Positions 42,750 through 50,929 of a stretch of DNA of 64,000 bases are shown piece by piece (within the stretch, counting starts at the first letter, position 1; the number at the start of each line of letters is the position of its first letter). This DNA is from Gemmatimonas sp. (GTDB taxonomy: Bacteria; Gemmatimonadota; Gemmatimonadetes; Gemmatimonadales; Gemmatimonadaceae). Location: NCBI GenBank assembly GCA_965279375.1, contig OZ257156.1, forward strand, positions 3,264,001 through 3,328,000. The letters are read 5' to 3'. The translations under genes and the position numbers were made by a program. Under the pieces are notes generated by a model. The model was given only the letters and a program-made list of their open reading frames with translations. It was not told the DNA's origin and searched no databases.

Positions 42750-44012
42750 CTATTGCCGAAGCGCCTGCACGACCGCCGAAAAGAAGTCTTCGTTGGGCAC
42801 CGCCTCGCCGCCCGTCGGCCTTGTTTGCGCGCACCACTGCACGATCACGACCTGCTCACGCGGATTGATGTAGATCGTTTGGCCGAAAATGCCCTCCGCC
42901 GCGAACGACCCGTAGTTCGGCGAGCCGTCGAGAGCAGCGCTCGGCCACCACATGTATCCGTAGAGCAGCGGCTTGCCGTCGAGTAGCATCTTCGGCGTGC
43001 CGGCCAGATCGCGCCACCCGGAAGGCAGCACGCTGTCGGTGCCCACCACGCCGCCGTTCAGGAAGAACTGTCCGAACCGCGCGTAGTCTCGCAACGTCGC
43101 ACTGAACCCGCTGCCACCGATTTCGTGGCCATTGGGTGAATCCAGCCACCAGCTCGCGTCGGACTGCATGCCGACTCGACGCCAGATCTTCTCGCCGAGA
43201 TAGTCCGCGAGTGACTTGCCGGTCGCGCCGCGCACCACTTCGCCCGCGATCTGCGTCTCACCGGTGCTGTAGTTGTTGGCGCTGCCCGGTGGCGCGGCTC
43301 GAGGCAACGAGGCCATCAGCGCCATCGCCGCGCCGGGGCGTTGTGCGATCTGCACCTCCAGCAGGCGGCGTCGATCCGACGCTGGATCGGTATACGTCTC
43401 ATTCCACCGCACGCCCGACGACATCATGAGCAGCTGGCGAATCGTGACGCCGTCGTACGCGCTGCCGACAAGTGCGGGGACGTACTGCGTGACCGCGTCG
43501 TCGAGACTGCGGATGCTGCCATCCTTGAGCGCGGCGCCTATCAGCGTGGACGTGATCGACTTGGCGACGGACATCGACATCCAGCGCGTCTGCGCGCTGT
43601 TGCCTTCGCGGTAGCGCTCGAGCGCAATGCGACCGCGCTTGAGCACCAGCAATCCAGTCACGCGATTGCGCGACATGAAGGTCTCCATCGAAAGCGTCTC
43701 GCCCGCCGACGTGAATCGTATGTCGTCGAGGGGCGCATCGGCTCGAGGGAGTGGCGAGATCGTTGCGCCGTGCGCGATCACCCGCGTCGGGAACAAGCGA
43801 TCGATGTTTCGGAACGTGTTGACGGCGAGCGTTGGTGACAGCGTGCCATCGTACATCTGTCGCACGGTGCCGATGGAGTCGGACGCGTGCGGGTTCGTGT
43901 AGCTCGTCGAAATCGTGCGAGACGGCGAATGCCAGCACGCGACGACTAGCAGCGCAAGTGCGGCTCGACGCGCGCGCAGGGTCCGTAGCACATACCTCGC
44001 GCGCGTCGTCAC
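42750..44012 (-). CDS. Serine hydrolase, beta-lactamase class C / NylB-like family
   Basis: SxxK 'SMSVAKS', 'LLMMSSG', 'NYSTGET', 'LRDYARFG', 'GIFGQTIYINP'; possible lipobox 'LVVAC'. Confidence 0.88.
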   Translation of the reverse strand: MTTRARYVLRTLRARRAALALLVVACWHSPSRTISTSYTNPHASDSIGTVRQMYDGTLSPTLAVNTFRNIDRLFPTRVIAHGATISPLPRADAPLDDIRFTSAGETLSMETFMSRNRVTGLLVLKRGRIALERYREGNSAQTRWMSMSVAKSITSTLIGAALKDGSIRSLDDAVTQYVPALVGSAYDGVTIRQLLMMSSGVRWNETYTDPASDRRRLLEVQIAQRPGAAMALMASLPRAAPPGSANNYSTGETQIAGEVVRGATGKSLADYLGEKIWRRVGMQSDASWWLDSPNGHEIGGSGFSATLRDYARFGQFFLNGGVVGTDSVLPSGWRDLAGTPKMLLDGKPLLYGYMWWPSAALDGSPNYGSFAAEGIFGQTIYINPREQVVIVQWCAQTRPTGGEAVPNEDFFSAVVQALRQ

Positions 44013-44881
44013 GTCGTTGTGGTGTCGAGCACGTGCGCCACGCCGTCCACGCGTGATCGTAGCGCGTCGCTTGCCACGCCAGTGATGAAGCAGGTCGCGC
44101 CGCTTCCACTCAGCATTCCGATGCCGCCGACCCGCTTCGCTTCGTCTCGAACCGATGGCAGGACCACGGCGACGCCGGCGTGCAGCGACATCACGACCGA
44201 CTCGAAGTCGTTGTCAGCGAGGGCACCGATCGACTCCCAACTGCCAAACGCGTCGTGTGCATAGGCGCGCGCGCGCACCTGATCACCACGGGCCTCGCGC
44301 GCGCGAGCGAACGCGCCGTACGCTGCACCGGTGTTCACGCCTTGGTCGAAGCTGAACAGCGTGATGGGCATCGTCGGCAAGGGTGCGAGCGGAAGCAGGC
44401 GATCTCCCCGTCCCCACGCCAGCGCGAGGCTGGTGTCTGCAACGAAGAAGGGAATGTCCGCACCGAGCGCGCCACCGATCTCCATGAGTCGCGCCACGCC
44501 CATTGGTGTTGGCGACAGTGCATCGAGCGCGCGCAACACCGCTGCTGCGTCCGCACTACCGCCGCCCAGTCCTCCGCCGACCGGAATGCGCTTCTCGATC
44601 TCGATCTCCCAACCCGTTTCCCACCCGCTCGCCTGCACGTACGCAGCGGCGGCCCGCCAGGCGAGATTGTCTTCGTCGCGACCGAGTCCGCCCTTGGGCA
44701 TCGTGGGCCCGCTGCACCGCAATGCACGCGCACCGTCGGCCACGCGCACGCGAACCAGATCGTGCAGCGCGAGCAGCTGAAAGAGCGTCTCGATTCCGTG
44801 GTAGCCGCTCGCTTCGCGCGCGAGAATGCGCAACAGCAAGTTCACTTTTGCGTGCGCCTTGAGCTCCACCCAGGGGGGCAT
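44009..44881 (-). CDS. ispE: 4-diphosphocytidyl-2-C-methyl-D-erythritol kinase
   Basis: 'AHAKVNLLL', 'GYH', 'KRIPVGGGLGGGSADAAA', 'GADIPFF', 'NDFE', 'LSGSGAT'. Confidence 0.93.
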   Translation of the reverse strand: MPPWVELKAHAKVNLLLRILAREASGYHGIETLFQLLALHDLVRVRVADGARALRCSGPTMPKGGLGRDEDNLAWRAAAAYVQASGWETGWEIEIEKRIPVGGGLGGGSADAAAVLRALDALSPTPMGVARLMEIGGALGADIPFFVADTSLALAWGRGDRLLPLAPLPTMPITLFSFDQGVNTGAAYGAFARAREARGDQVRARAYAHDAFGSWESIGALADNDFESVVMSLHAGVAVVLPSVRDEAKRVGGIGMLSGSGATCFITGVASDALRSRVDGVAHVLDTTTT

Positions 44882-44885
44882 TGCG

Positions 44886-45902
44886 TCAGGCTCCAGCGGA
44901 GGGGCCACCTTTCTGCATCGTGCCAACGCTCAGGCCGAGCCGCGCGAAGTACACCGCGCCGATGATCGTGATCGGCAGGAACGTGAGGATGTGGAATCCC
45001 AATGCCCAACTCACCGCGAGCTCCTTGGGTACGCCGTACACACCGAGGCCAACGATGGAGGCCGTTTCGAACACGCCGAAGAAGCCTGGCGAACTGGGAA
45101 TGGCCACGCCGATTGCCTGAATGCCCTGAAGAAACAGCGCTGCCGACAACGGAACCTTGATGCCGACGGCAAGGAATCCGATATACAGGCTGACCGCCTG
45201 TACCACCCAGTGCGCTGCGGCCCAGAAGAGTACGGCGAGAAAGCGGCGGCCGTCCTTGAGCACGGCCAGACCGCCCAAGCCATGCGACACGAGGCGCACG
45301 ATCGTTTCGCTGTACTTGGGCAGCACCCGGTCGGCAATTGCGCGCACGATCGCCATCACGCGCTCATGCTGCATGACCACCGCGTAGCAGACGGCCAGGA
45401 GAGTGAGCACCGCGATGATGCCGCCACTCGCGAGCTGTGGCACCGTACGTCCTGCGATGATGATACCGGGCGGAAACGCGGGATCGAGCATCGCGAGGAA
45501 CATCAGCGCGAAGAGCACGATTGCATCGAAAATCCGATCAACGGCCAGACTGCCGAACGACGTCGTGATGGCGACCTTCGGCACCTCACGCGTGAGCGCG
45601 AAGGCGCGGGCGAACTCGCCCGCGCGCAGCGGAAAGACGTTGTTCATCATCATGCCGATGGCAGTGCTGCGCCACAGCGGCCCAAAGGGCAGCACACCGG
45701 CGACCGGTTCGAGGATCGTGCGCCAACGCCGTGCACGCAGCGGAAAAATGCTCACGTTGACAAGCACCGCCGCCACGAACAGCGGCACGCTCGATTGCCG
45801 CAGAACCGCCCAGACTTCGGTCGGTGAGACTTCGCGCAACGTCCACCACAACAACACACCGCTCAGTGCAAAGCCGAGCGCGCTCTTCCAGTCCAGTTTC
45901 AC
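44886..45902 (-). CDS. Lysylphosphatidylglycerol synthase TM-domain / flippase-like membrane protein (UPF0104)
   Basis: Multi-TM; 'RARRW', 'NNVFPLRAGEFAR', 'DRIFD', 'PSSPGFFG.FE'. Confidence 0.85.
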   Translation of the reverse strand: MKLDWKSALGFALSGVLLWWTLREVSPTEVWAVLRQSSVPLFVAAVLVNVSIFPLRARRWRTILEPVAGVLPFGPLWRSTAIGMMMNNVFPLRAGEFARAFALTREVPKVAITTSFGSLAVDRIFDAIVLFALMFLAMLDPAFPPGIIIAGRTVPQLASGGIIAVLTLLAVCYAVVMQHERVMAIVRAIADRVLPKYSETIVRLVSHGLGGLAVLKDGRRFLAVLFWAAAHWVVQAVSLYIGFLAVGIKVPLSAALFLQGIQAIGVAIPSSPGFFGVFETASIVGLGVYGVPKELAVSWALGFHILTFLPITIIGAVYFARLGLSVGTMQKGGPSAGA

Positions 45903-46957
45903 GTGGTCGCCGCCAGGTCGAGCAGGTCCGAGAGCTCTTCAAAGAGCGCGAAAGCCGCCGGGTCGGCGAGCGTTCCGAATTGCCAGTAGGAACGCAGCTC
46001 ATCGCGCACGTCGCGTGCGCGCTTGACCGCCGAGCGGCCGCGATAGAGCAGCGTCTCGATGGGGACGATGACCGCGTCGACCGACGGCACGGCGGCGGGC
46101 TCCATGACCGCACCCACCACCACGCCTGCCTGTGCATCGGCCCAGGCGAAGTTGGCCTCTTTCACGCGCTGGGCGAGTTGCTGGTCGGTGAGTTCACGAT
46201 CCATGAGCAGCATGGCGAACGCCTGAATGGCCGCACGTTCACGTGACTGCGCCAGCGGCGCGCGTGCCATGCGCGTGGCCAACGTCGCGATACTCGCGGC
46301 GCCGTAGCTCTCGCCGACGTCAGCCAATCCAAGCAGCGCGCGACGCACTCCATCGCTCAGCGCCAACTGCGACGGCCCCTGTGGGCTGTTGGCGAGCGCT
46401 TCGGATTCACGAGCCACGCCATCCGCCGCTGCAGCGACGTCGTTGCGGAAGCGCGCAGCGATGGTGATCGGCGGTTCGGGATTGCGCTGCAGTATCGCGG
46501 GCGAGCCGTCTTCGGGGAAAAAGCGCGAGATCGGCACCACCTGACTGGCAGGGGAAGCCGCCGGGCTGCTCGTCGCGAGATATCCCGCAGCCACCGAGGC
46601 GAGCGCCACCGACTGCGTGCGACTGCGACGCTGTTCCGGCTCGCCCCACTGCTGCGCGCGCTCCACCAGCGCGCGCAGTTCAACCAAGGCACCGCGTACG
46701 GCGAAGTGGAGACGCTGATCCCACCGCAGCTCCTGGTCGCGCAGGCCGGTCGCGATTCGCTCGATCGTCGAAGCGAGGTCGGGGAGCCCGTCCAGTCGCG
46801 TCATCGTGGCACTGCCGCGCAGCGCGCGCGCATGCGTGAGAAACGCGTTGGCGTCCGGCACGTGCTGCTCGGCGTCGGACAACAGCTGATCGAGGCGATC
46901 GAGATACTCGGTCGCCTCCTTCTGGAAGAACTCGATCAAGGCCTGCGGTGCGCTCAT
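45899..46957 (-). CDS. Hypothetical protein with N-terminal HPt-like helical domain
   Basis: 'EFFQKEATEYLDRL...THARALRGSATM' resembles the CheA-P1/HPt consensus; operonic overlap with the downstream gene. Confidence 0.65.
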   Translation of the reverse strand: MSAPQALIEFFQKEATEYLDRLDQLLSDAEQHVPDANAFLTHARALRGSATMTRLDGLPDLASTIERIATGLRDQELRWDQRLHFAVRGALVELRALVERAQQWGEPEQRRSRTQSVALASVAAGYLATSSPAASPASQVVPISRFFPEDGSPAILQRNPEPPITIAARFRNDVAAAADGVARESEALANSPQGPSQLALSDGVRRALLGLADVGESYGAASIATLATRMARAPLAQSRERAAIQAFAMLLMDRELTDQQLAQRVKEANFAWADAQAGVVVGAVMEPAAVPSVDAVIVPIETLLYRGRSAVKRARDVRDELRSYWQFGTLADPAAFALFEELSDLLDLAATT

Positions 46958-47022
46958 GGCGTCAGGGGTCAGCGGAAACGCACGAACAAAAGGGCATCAG
47001 CAGAGGGCAGACAGCGAACGCG

Positions 47023-47760
47023 TCAGCGCGGGCGCGCCTGATCCATGGCCGATCGGATCTCCCGAACAGCCTCAGCCAGCCCGACAAAGATGGCGCGTCC
47101 AACAATGGCGTGCCCGATATTCAACTCTTCGATTTCCGGAATCGTCGCAACTGGCCCGACATTCTCCACCGACAGCCCATGTCCCGCGTGGACCGCCAGG
47201 CCGAGCGACGCGCCCAACGCCGCACTCTCCGCCAGCGCACGCAGCGTGGCCGGATCGTTCGGAGCATGCGCGTACTGTCCGGTGTGCAGCTCGATGGCGT
47301 CCGTCCCCAAGGCATGCGACAGGCGCACGGACTCGAGCGTCGGGTCGATGAAGAGACTGGCGCGTACCCCGGCACGTTTCAGACGCGCAACGGCACTCCG
47401 CAGCGACTCCGCGCCGCGGACCAGGTCGAGCCCGCCCTCGGTGGTGACCTCTTCCCGCCGTTCGGGTACCAAGGTGACCTCCTTGGGCCGCAGCTGCTCG
47501 GCGAGCGAGATCATCTGGTCGGTGGCGGCGCACTCCAGATTGAGTGCGGTTGTGATACTTGTGGCCAACCGGTGAACGTCGTCGTCCTGTATGTGGCGAC
47601 GGTCCTCCCGCAGGTGCGCGGTGATGCCGTCGGCGCCAGCCTGCTCACACAGCAGGGCGGCGGCGACGGGGTCGGGGAGCAAACCGCGACGCGCCTGCCG
47701 AACGGTGGCCACGTGGTCGATGTTCACATACAGGCGCTGGTACAGCTGCTGATATTGCAT
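47023..47760 (-). CDS. pdxJ: Pyridoxine 5'-phosphate synthase
   Basis: 'VNIDHVATVRQAR', 'HLREDRRHI', 'VPERREEVTTEGGLD', 'IELHTG', 'HAGHGL', 'ELNIGHAI'. Confidence 0.96.
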   Translation of the reverse strand: MQYQQLYQRLYVNIDHVATVRQARRGLLPDPVAAALLCEQAGADGITAHLREDRRHIQDDDVHRLATSITTALNLECAATDQMISLAEQLRPKEVTLVPERREEVTTEGGLDLVRGAESLRSAVARLKRAGVRASLFIDPTLESVRLSHALGTDAIELHTGQYAHAPNDPATLRALAESAALGASLGLAVHAGHGLSVENVGPVATIPEIEELNIGHAIVGRAIFVGLAEAVREIRSAMDQARPR

Positions 47761-47815
47761 GGCAAGTCGAAGACGAGAGTCATCACTACAGGACTGCTTC
47801 ACGCAGGGGGAACTC

Positions 47816-48307
47816 GTGGTCCGTCAGGGAATCTTGGTTGCCGCCGTCGTCGTCCTCTCAGGGACGATCAGCGCGTGCGCCCGTACCGCCGTCACCTCAC
47901 CGCCGGTGATCACTAACAAGAGCGCCGCGGCGCCGGTTGCAGGCAATGCGACCGGAGCGCCCACGTCGCGCGGCGCCGTCGAGGGCTTTCTGGCCACGGT
48001 CAAGGCATCGGATCTGCAAGGGATGTCGGGCACGTGGGGCACCAGCCGTGGGCCGGCGCGTGATCTGATGAAGCGGGAAGAGCTGGAGAAGCGACTGGTC
48101 GTGATGCAGTGCCTCCTGATGCACGACAAATGGCGCTTCGTGGAGGACGAGCCCCGGCTCCAGGCGGGCGGCCATCAGGCCTGGCAGGTGGAGCTGACGC
48201 GTAAGTCGTCCGTCGCCAAAACCACCTTCCAGACCGTCGTCGGCCCTGCTGGCCGCTGGTTCGTGGACGACGTGGACGTGGTCCCGCTCAAGGATTTCTG
48301 CCGCTAG
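47816..48307 (+). CDS. Hypothetical lipoprotein
   Basis: GGGGGA RBS + GTG, lipobox 'ISAC', GC3-rich codon usage; possibly an NTF2-like fold (uncertain). Confidence 0.7.
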   Translation: MVRQGILVAAVVVLSGTISACARTAVTSPPVITNKSAAAPVAGNATGAPTSRGAVEGFLATVKASDLQGMSGTWGTSRGPARDLMKREELEKRLVVMQCLLMHDKWRFVEDEPRLQAGGHQAWQVELTRKSSVAKTTFQTVVGPAGRWFVDDVDVVPLKDFCR

Positions 48308-48372
48308 GCGCTTCCGTCCGGCCCGGCTGGCGATCTGCAGCCGACGGCTTGTCCACCCGGTTGCCACGGTGG

Positions 48373-48783
48373 CTAGTATTCAGACAATTCGACGAGCACT
48401 CCGCCGGTCGCACTCGGATGCAGGAAGGCGATACGCTTGCCTTCGGCGCCGATGCGAGGATGCTCGTCGATGAGTCGGAGTCCGGCGGTGCGGCACTTTT
48501 CCAGCGTGCCGTCCAAGTCGTCCACGGCGAAGCAGACATGATGGATTCCGGGGCCGCGCTTGGCCACGAACTTCCCGATCGGCGAGTCTTCGGACTCAGC
48601 CTCGAGCAGTTCGACCAGCGAGTCTCCGGCCGCGAGGCCCACGATCGACGCGCCGTCGGCGTCGTCGAGCGGGACCTGAGGCATGCCGAGCACGTCTCGG
48701 TAGAACGGAATCAACGCGTCGAGGGTACGCACAGCGACGCCGATATGGGCGATGCGCGTACCGCGGCGGACAGGTTCGGTCAT
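48373..48783 (-). CDS. mce: Methylmalonyl-CoA epimerase (VOC family)
   Basis: 'IAHIGVAV', 'VELLE', 'GPGIHHVCFAV', 'AFLHP..TGGVLVEL'. Confidence 0.88.
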   Translation of the reverse strand: MTEPVRRGTRIAHIGVAVRTLDALIPFYRDVLGMPQVPLDDADGASIVGLAAGDSLVELLEAESEDSPIGKFVAKRGPGIHHVCFAVDDLDGTLEKCRTAGLRLIDEHPRIGAEGKRIAFLHPSATGGVLVELSEY

Positions 48784-48876
48784 GGTATGTGGGCGAAGGC
48801 TGACTCCTGAATTCTAATCCTGACGACACGCGCGGGTGAATCCGGTGCACACCGGAGTCGCGCGACGGAGCACACG

Positions 48877-49200
48877 ATGGCGAACGCGGTGGAAGTGAAG
48901 GACGACAACTTCGCGACGGAGATCGAGGCGCAGCCGGGTCTTTCGGTCGTGGATTTTTGGGCCACGTGGTGCGCCCCCTGCCGAATGATCGCGCCGATCG
49001 TCGAGCAGCTCGCGGTGGACTACGCCGGCAAGGCGAAGGTGGCCAAGCTGGACGTGGACAACAACCAGAAGACGGCTGCGCGCTTCAACGTGCGCTCGAT
49101 CCCGACGATCCTGTTCTTCAAGGACGGCAAGCTGGTCGATCAGGTCGTCGGCGCGGTGCCGCGTCCGGCGCTCGAAGCGAAGTTCAAGGAGCACGCCTGA
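48877..49200 (+). CDS. trxA: Thioredoxin
   Basis: 'VDFWATWCAPCRMIAP', 'VRSIPT'. Confidence 0.95.
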   Translation: MANAVEVKDDNFATEIEAQPGLSVVDFWATWCAPCRMIAPIVEQLAVDYAGKAKVAKLDVDNNQKTAARFNVRSIPTILFFKDGKLVDQVVGAVPRPALEAKFKEHA

Positions 49201-49227
49201 GTCAGGCGGAGTTCCTCTGTGGGATCA

Positions 49228-49258
49228 GTGCCCGGGGCAGCTCGCCCCGGGCACGTTC
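49228..49258 (+). terminator. GC-rich hairpin after trxA (probable terminator or attenuator)
   Basis: GTGCCCGGGGC-agctc-GCCCCGGGCAC 11-bp stem; weak T tail. Confidence 0.55.
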
Positions 49259-49305
49259 CGTTTCAGGCGTCGCCAGTTCCACCGCAACGTCGGCCATGGG
49301 GCATC

Positions 49306-50211
49306 ATGGACACGCTTGAGGCGGCGGACGATCGCAATCGCAGCGCTGAGATCGCCGCCGCCGCGCGCGCCCTGCTCCCCGACGCGGCGACCGCGGGCGC
49401 GCTGCACGTCGTCTCCACGCCGATCGGGCATCTGGGCGACATCTCGCTGCGCGCGTTGGCCGTCCTGAGCGAAGTCGCGGTCGTCTGCTGCGAGGACACG
49501 CGCACCTCGCGCACCCTCCTGCAACGCTACGGCATTCACACGCCCATGCTCGCGCTGCACGAACACAACGAAGCGGAGATGGCGCCACGCCTGCTCGCTC
49601 GCCTCAGGGACGGGGACGCGATCGCGCTCATCAGCGACGCGGGCACGCCACTCGTCTCCGACCCGGGAAGCCGTCTCGTCGACGCGGTGGTGCAGGCGGG
49701 ATTTCGCGTGGTGCCCGTGCCCGGTGCGTCGGCGACGCTCGCGGCACTGGTCGCCTCAGGGATCACACCGCACCCGTGCACCATCCTCGGCTTCCTGCCG
49801 CGAAAGGGCGGGGAACGCGCCGAAGTGCTTCGCATGGCGGCGGCGCTGCCGCACGCGGTGGTGCTCTTCGAGGCGCCGGGACGGGTGGCACAGACGCTCC
49901 GCGACCTGGCCAGCGTGGCCGGCGGAGACCGGCCGGCGGCGGTCGCGCGCGAGCTGACGAAGAAATTCGAAGAAATTCGTCGCGGAACGCTCGACGAACT
50001 CGCTGCGTACTACGAAGATACGGGACCACGCGGTGAGATCGTGCTGGTGCTCGGGGGATTCACGGCCGTTGCCCCGACCGAGACCGATCTCGCAGCCATC
50101 GCGGCGCGCCTGCGCGCCGAGGGCCACAGACCGCGTGACATCGTCCAGCGACTCATGGACGAGCATGCTGCCAGCCGCAACCTCGCTTACCGTCTCGCTC
50201 ACGATACCTGA
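49306..50211 (+). CDS. rsmI: 16S rRNA (cytidine1402-2'-O)-methyltransferase
   Basis: 'STPIGHLGDISLRA', 'CEDTR', 'LHEHNE', 'ISDAGTPLVSDPG', 'ARELTKKFEE'. Confidence 0.94.
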   Translation: MDTLEAADDRNRSAEIAAAARALLPDAATAGALHVVSTPIGHLGDISLRALAVLSEVAVVCCEDTRTSRTLLQRYGIHTPMLALHEHNEAEMAPRLLARLRDGDAIALISDAGTPLVSDPGSRLVDAVVQAGFRVVPVPGASATLAALVASGITPHPCTILGFLPRKGGERAEVLRMAAALPHAVVLFEAPGRVAQTLRDLASVAGGDRPAAVARELTKKFEEIRRGTLDELAAYYEDTGPRGEIVLVLGGFTAVAPTETDLAAIAARLRAEGHRPRDIVQRLMDEHAASRNLAYRLAHDT

Positions 50212-50227
50212 GGGGCTCCCGATTCCG

Positions 50228-50929
50228 ATGCGGCGTCTGCGTTCCGTCTTCCCGATCGTTCTCGCCGCTACGGCCATGCTGGCCGCTGCGCCGTTCACGC
50301 CCCGCGCCGCCGTCACAGGTCCCGGACGCTTGGCGATCGCCCGCCTGCAGTACGAGGGCGGTGGTGACTGGTACGCCAATCCTTCCAGCATTCCCAATCT
50401 CCTCGCGGCCATCGCCGAGCGCACCGCGCTCCCGGTCGAACGCACCGAGGCCAAGGTCAAGCTCACCGATTCAGCGCTCTTCGACTTTCCGTTCCTGCAC
50501 GTCACGGGACACGGGCAGATCAAATTGAGCGATGTCGAAGTGGTACGTCTGCGCGAGTATCTCACGCGCGGCGGCTTTCTCCACGTGGACGACAACTACG
50601 GACTCGACGAAAGCTTCCGTCGCGAGATCAAACGGGTCTTCCCCGACCGCCCGCTCGTCGAAGTGCCCTCCAAGCATCCGATCTACCACCTGGTCTACGA
50701 CTTCCCCGACGGGCTGCCCAAAGTGCACGAGCACGACGGGAAACCCGCGCAGGGCTTTGGCATCTTCATCGGTGGCCGACTTGCCGTCTACTACACGTAC
50801 TCCGCCGACCTCGGCAACGGTTGGGAAGACGTGGGTACGTATCCTGATCCTCCCGCGCTCCACGAGCAGGCGATCCGCATGGGTGTGAATCTCTTCACGT
50901 ACGCGGCCACGAGCCGGGTGCAGCCGTGA
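50228..50929 (+). CDS. DUF4159 family secreted protein
   Basis: 'ARLQYEGGGDWY', 'FPFLHVTGHG', 'GGFLHVDDNYG', 'HPIYH', 'DLGNGWED', 'MGVN'. Confidence 0.85.
   Translation: MRRLRSVFPIVLAATAMLAAAPFTPRAAVTGPGRLAIARLQYEGGGDWYANPSSIPNLLAAIAERTALPVERTEAKVKLTDSALFDFPFLHVTGHGQIKLSDVEVVRLREYLTRGGFLHVDDNYGLDESFRREIKRVFPDRPLVEVPSKHPIYHLVYDFPDGLPKVHEHDGKPAQGFGIFIGGRLAVYYTYSADLGNGWEDVGTYPDPPALHEQAIRMGVNLFTYAATSRVQP

Noticed and set aside
42750..44012. Calling the serine hydrolase an antibiotic-resistance beta-lactamase
   Set aside because: Motifs fit the broad NylB/esterase-like branch; no evidence of beta-lactamase specificity or mobile context.
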